The position numbers were made by a program, and so were the translations under genes. 64,000 nucleotides of DNA from Anolis carolinensis (lineage: Eukaryota): positions 24,560,647-24,624,646 of the forward strand of contig NW_026943820.1 in NCBI RefSeq assembly GCF_035594765.1, in the 5' to 3' direction. Shown here one piece after another: positions 62,833 through 64,000 of this stretch. The notes under the pieces are model-generated. The model saw only the letters and a program-made list of their open reading frames with translations, searched no databases and was not told where the DNA came from. The first letter of the stretch is position 1. The number at the start of each line of letters is the position of its first letter.

Positions 62833-63834
62833 ATGGAAAAGGCCGGCTCGCTCCACGCCTCGGTGCCCACGCCGCCGCTGCGACTCTACCTCCCTCGGCA
62901 CTTCAGCTGCAGCGCCTGCAAGGGCGGATGCAGCCCGGAGCCCGAGCCCTTGGAAGCCGCGCCGAATGAAGAGGAAGAGGACGAGGAGGAGGAAGAGCCA
63001 GAGCCGCCTCCGCCCCGCTCGCCTTCGCCGCCGTCCTCGCCCTCGCCGTCCCGCGGGAGGGAGCCCACGCTGCCGCCGGTGCCCCCCAGCCCCACGCTCC
63101 GCCGCCGCGCCAAGTCCCTGCCCACGCCCGGGGAGCGCGGCCTGCGCCCGGCGCTGCAGCACCAGAGCCCCTCGCGGAGGAAGACCGTGCGCTTCGCCGA
63201 CGCGCTGGGGCTGGAGCTGACCGCCGTGCGGCACTTCTCGCAGCAGGACGTCCCCCGCGTGCCTTCCCCGCCGCCGCTCACCGCCTCCCCCTTCCCTTTC
63301 TTCTCCTCCGCGGACTTGTTCAAGACGAGGAAGCCGCCCACCCTGGGCGACCTGGAGCCTGTTCTCTTCGGGCCCCCGGCGTCCATCCTGGAGCCCCTCT
63401 TCCCCCCGGCGCCGGGCTCCAGCGCGGGCTTCGTGGAGCGCGTGAAGCAGGGCAAAGTGAAGCTGGAGTGGGTGCGGGCCGAGGCCGGGGGGCTGCGCGG
63501 CGCCATACGCGTCCTCAACCTGGCCTACGAGAAGGCCGTGTCGGTCCGCTACACGCTCAACCGCTGGGCCAGCTGCAGTGAGGTGCCCGCCGCCTTCCAG
63601 GCGCCCCCTTCTTCCTCCTCCTCCGACGGCGCCCTCGACCGCTTCACCTTCCTCCTGCCCGTGGGGCCCGGCGCCACGCAACTGGAGTTCGCCCTGCGGT
63701 ACCGCGTGGCCGGCGCCGAGTTCTGGGACAACAACGGCGGGAGGAACTACCGCATGCGAGGGAGGCAGAGGACCCCCGCCGCCCCCGGGAACGAACCCGA
63801 CGGCAGCGCAGGCGCCTGGATCCACTTCATCTGA
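62833..63834 (+). CDS. intronless protein phosphatase 1 glycogen-targeting subunit, PPP1R3D/E/G clade
   Basis: RVxF motif KTVRFADALGLEL; RRRAKSLP; CBM21 motifs GAIRVLNLAYEKAVSVRYT and FALRYRVAGAEFWDNNGGRNY; C-terminal WIHFI. Lies in a CpG island (~62330-63840). Confidence 0.93.
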   Translation: MEKAGSLHASVPTPPLRLYLPRHFSCSACKGGCSPEPEPLEAAPNEEEEDEEEEEPEPPPPRSPSPPSSPSPSRGREPTLPPVPPSPTLRRRAKSLPTPGERGLRPALQHQSPSRRKTVRFADALGLELTAVRHFSQQDVPRVPSPPPLTASPFPFFSSADLFKTRKPPTLGDLEPVLFGPPASILEPLFPPAPGSSAGFVERVKQGKVKLEWVRAEAGGLRGAIRVLNLAYEKAVSVRYTLNRWASCSEVPAAFQAPPSSSSSDGALDRFTFLLPVGPGATQLEFALRYRVAGAEFWDNNGGRNYRMRGRQRTPAAPGNEPDGSAGAWIHFI

Positions 63835-63876
63835 GCCCGGAAGAAAGGAGTTGTGTTTTCCTTATGGGATTTTGTC

Positions 63877-64000
63877 ATAGAATCCTAGAGTTGGAAGAGA
63901 CCTCGTCGGCCATCCAGTCCAACCCCCTGCCAAGAAGCAGGAAAATCGCATTCAAAGCATCCCCGACAGATGACCATCCAGCCTCTGCTTCAAAGCCTCC
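63877..64000 (-). mobile_element. CR1 3' end (continues beyond the window)
   Basis: Matches 58411-58530. Confidence 0.85.

Noticed and set aside
62578-63825. 415-aa antisense ORF and other overlapping ORFs over the PPP1R3 gene
   Set aside because: Expected shadow frames of a very GC-rich CDS with few stop codons; no recognisable domain.

Overview
Eukaryotic vertebrate genomic DNA; the repeat set (Sauria SINE, 5S-derived SINE, R4/Dong, Penelope, Helitron, hAT and Tc1/mariner MITEs) points to a squamate, most likely an Anolis lizard. There is one assembly gap (4819-5702). Five genes could be reconstructed from splice sites and recalled protein similarity: CMC2 (minus, 3 coding exons, 76 aa); CENPN (plus, head-to-head with CMC2, 10 core coding exons, 352 aa, plus a possible in-frame 20-aa N-terminal extension from exon 1); ATMIN (plus, 4 exons, 800 aa); a C16orf46 orthologue (minus, 450 aa); and an intronless PP1 glycogen-targeting subunit of the PPP1R3D/E/G clade (plus, 333 aa). 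The order CMC2-CENPN-ATMIN-C16orf46 matches human 16q23.2. The most notable observations are (1) a second, diverged but open copy of the C16orf46 terminal exon with its own phase-matched acceptor at 48321-49055, (2) the PPP1R3 paralogue at a position where I know of none in human, (3) the CENPN upstream in-frame ATG encoding a basic KKRPR extension, and (4) several composite or nested transposon structures. Orthology and repeat-family names rest on recalled sequences, not on database searches.
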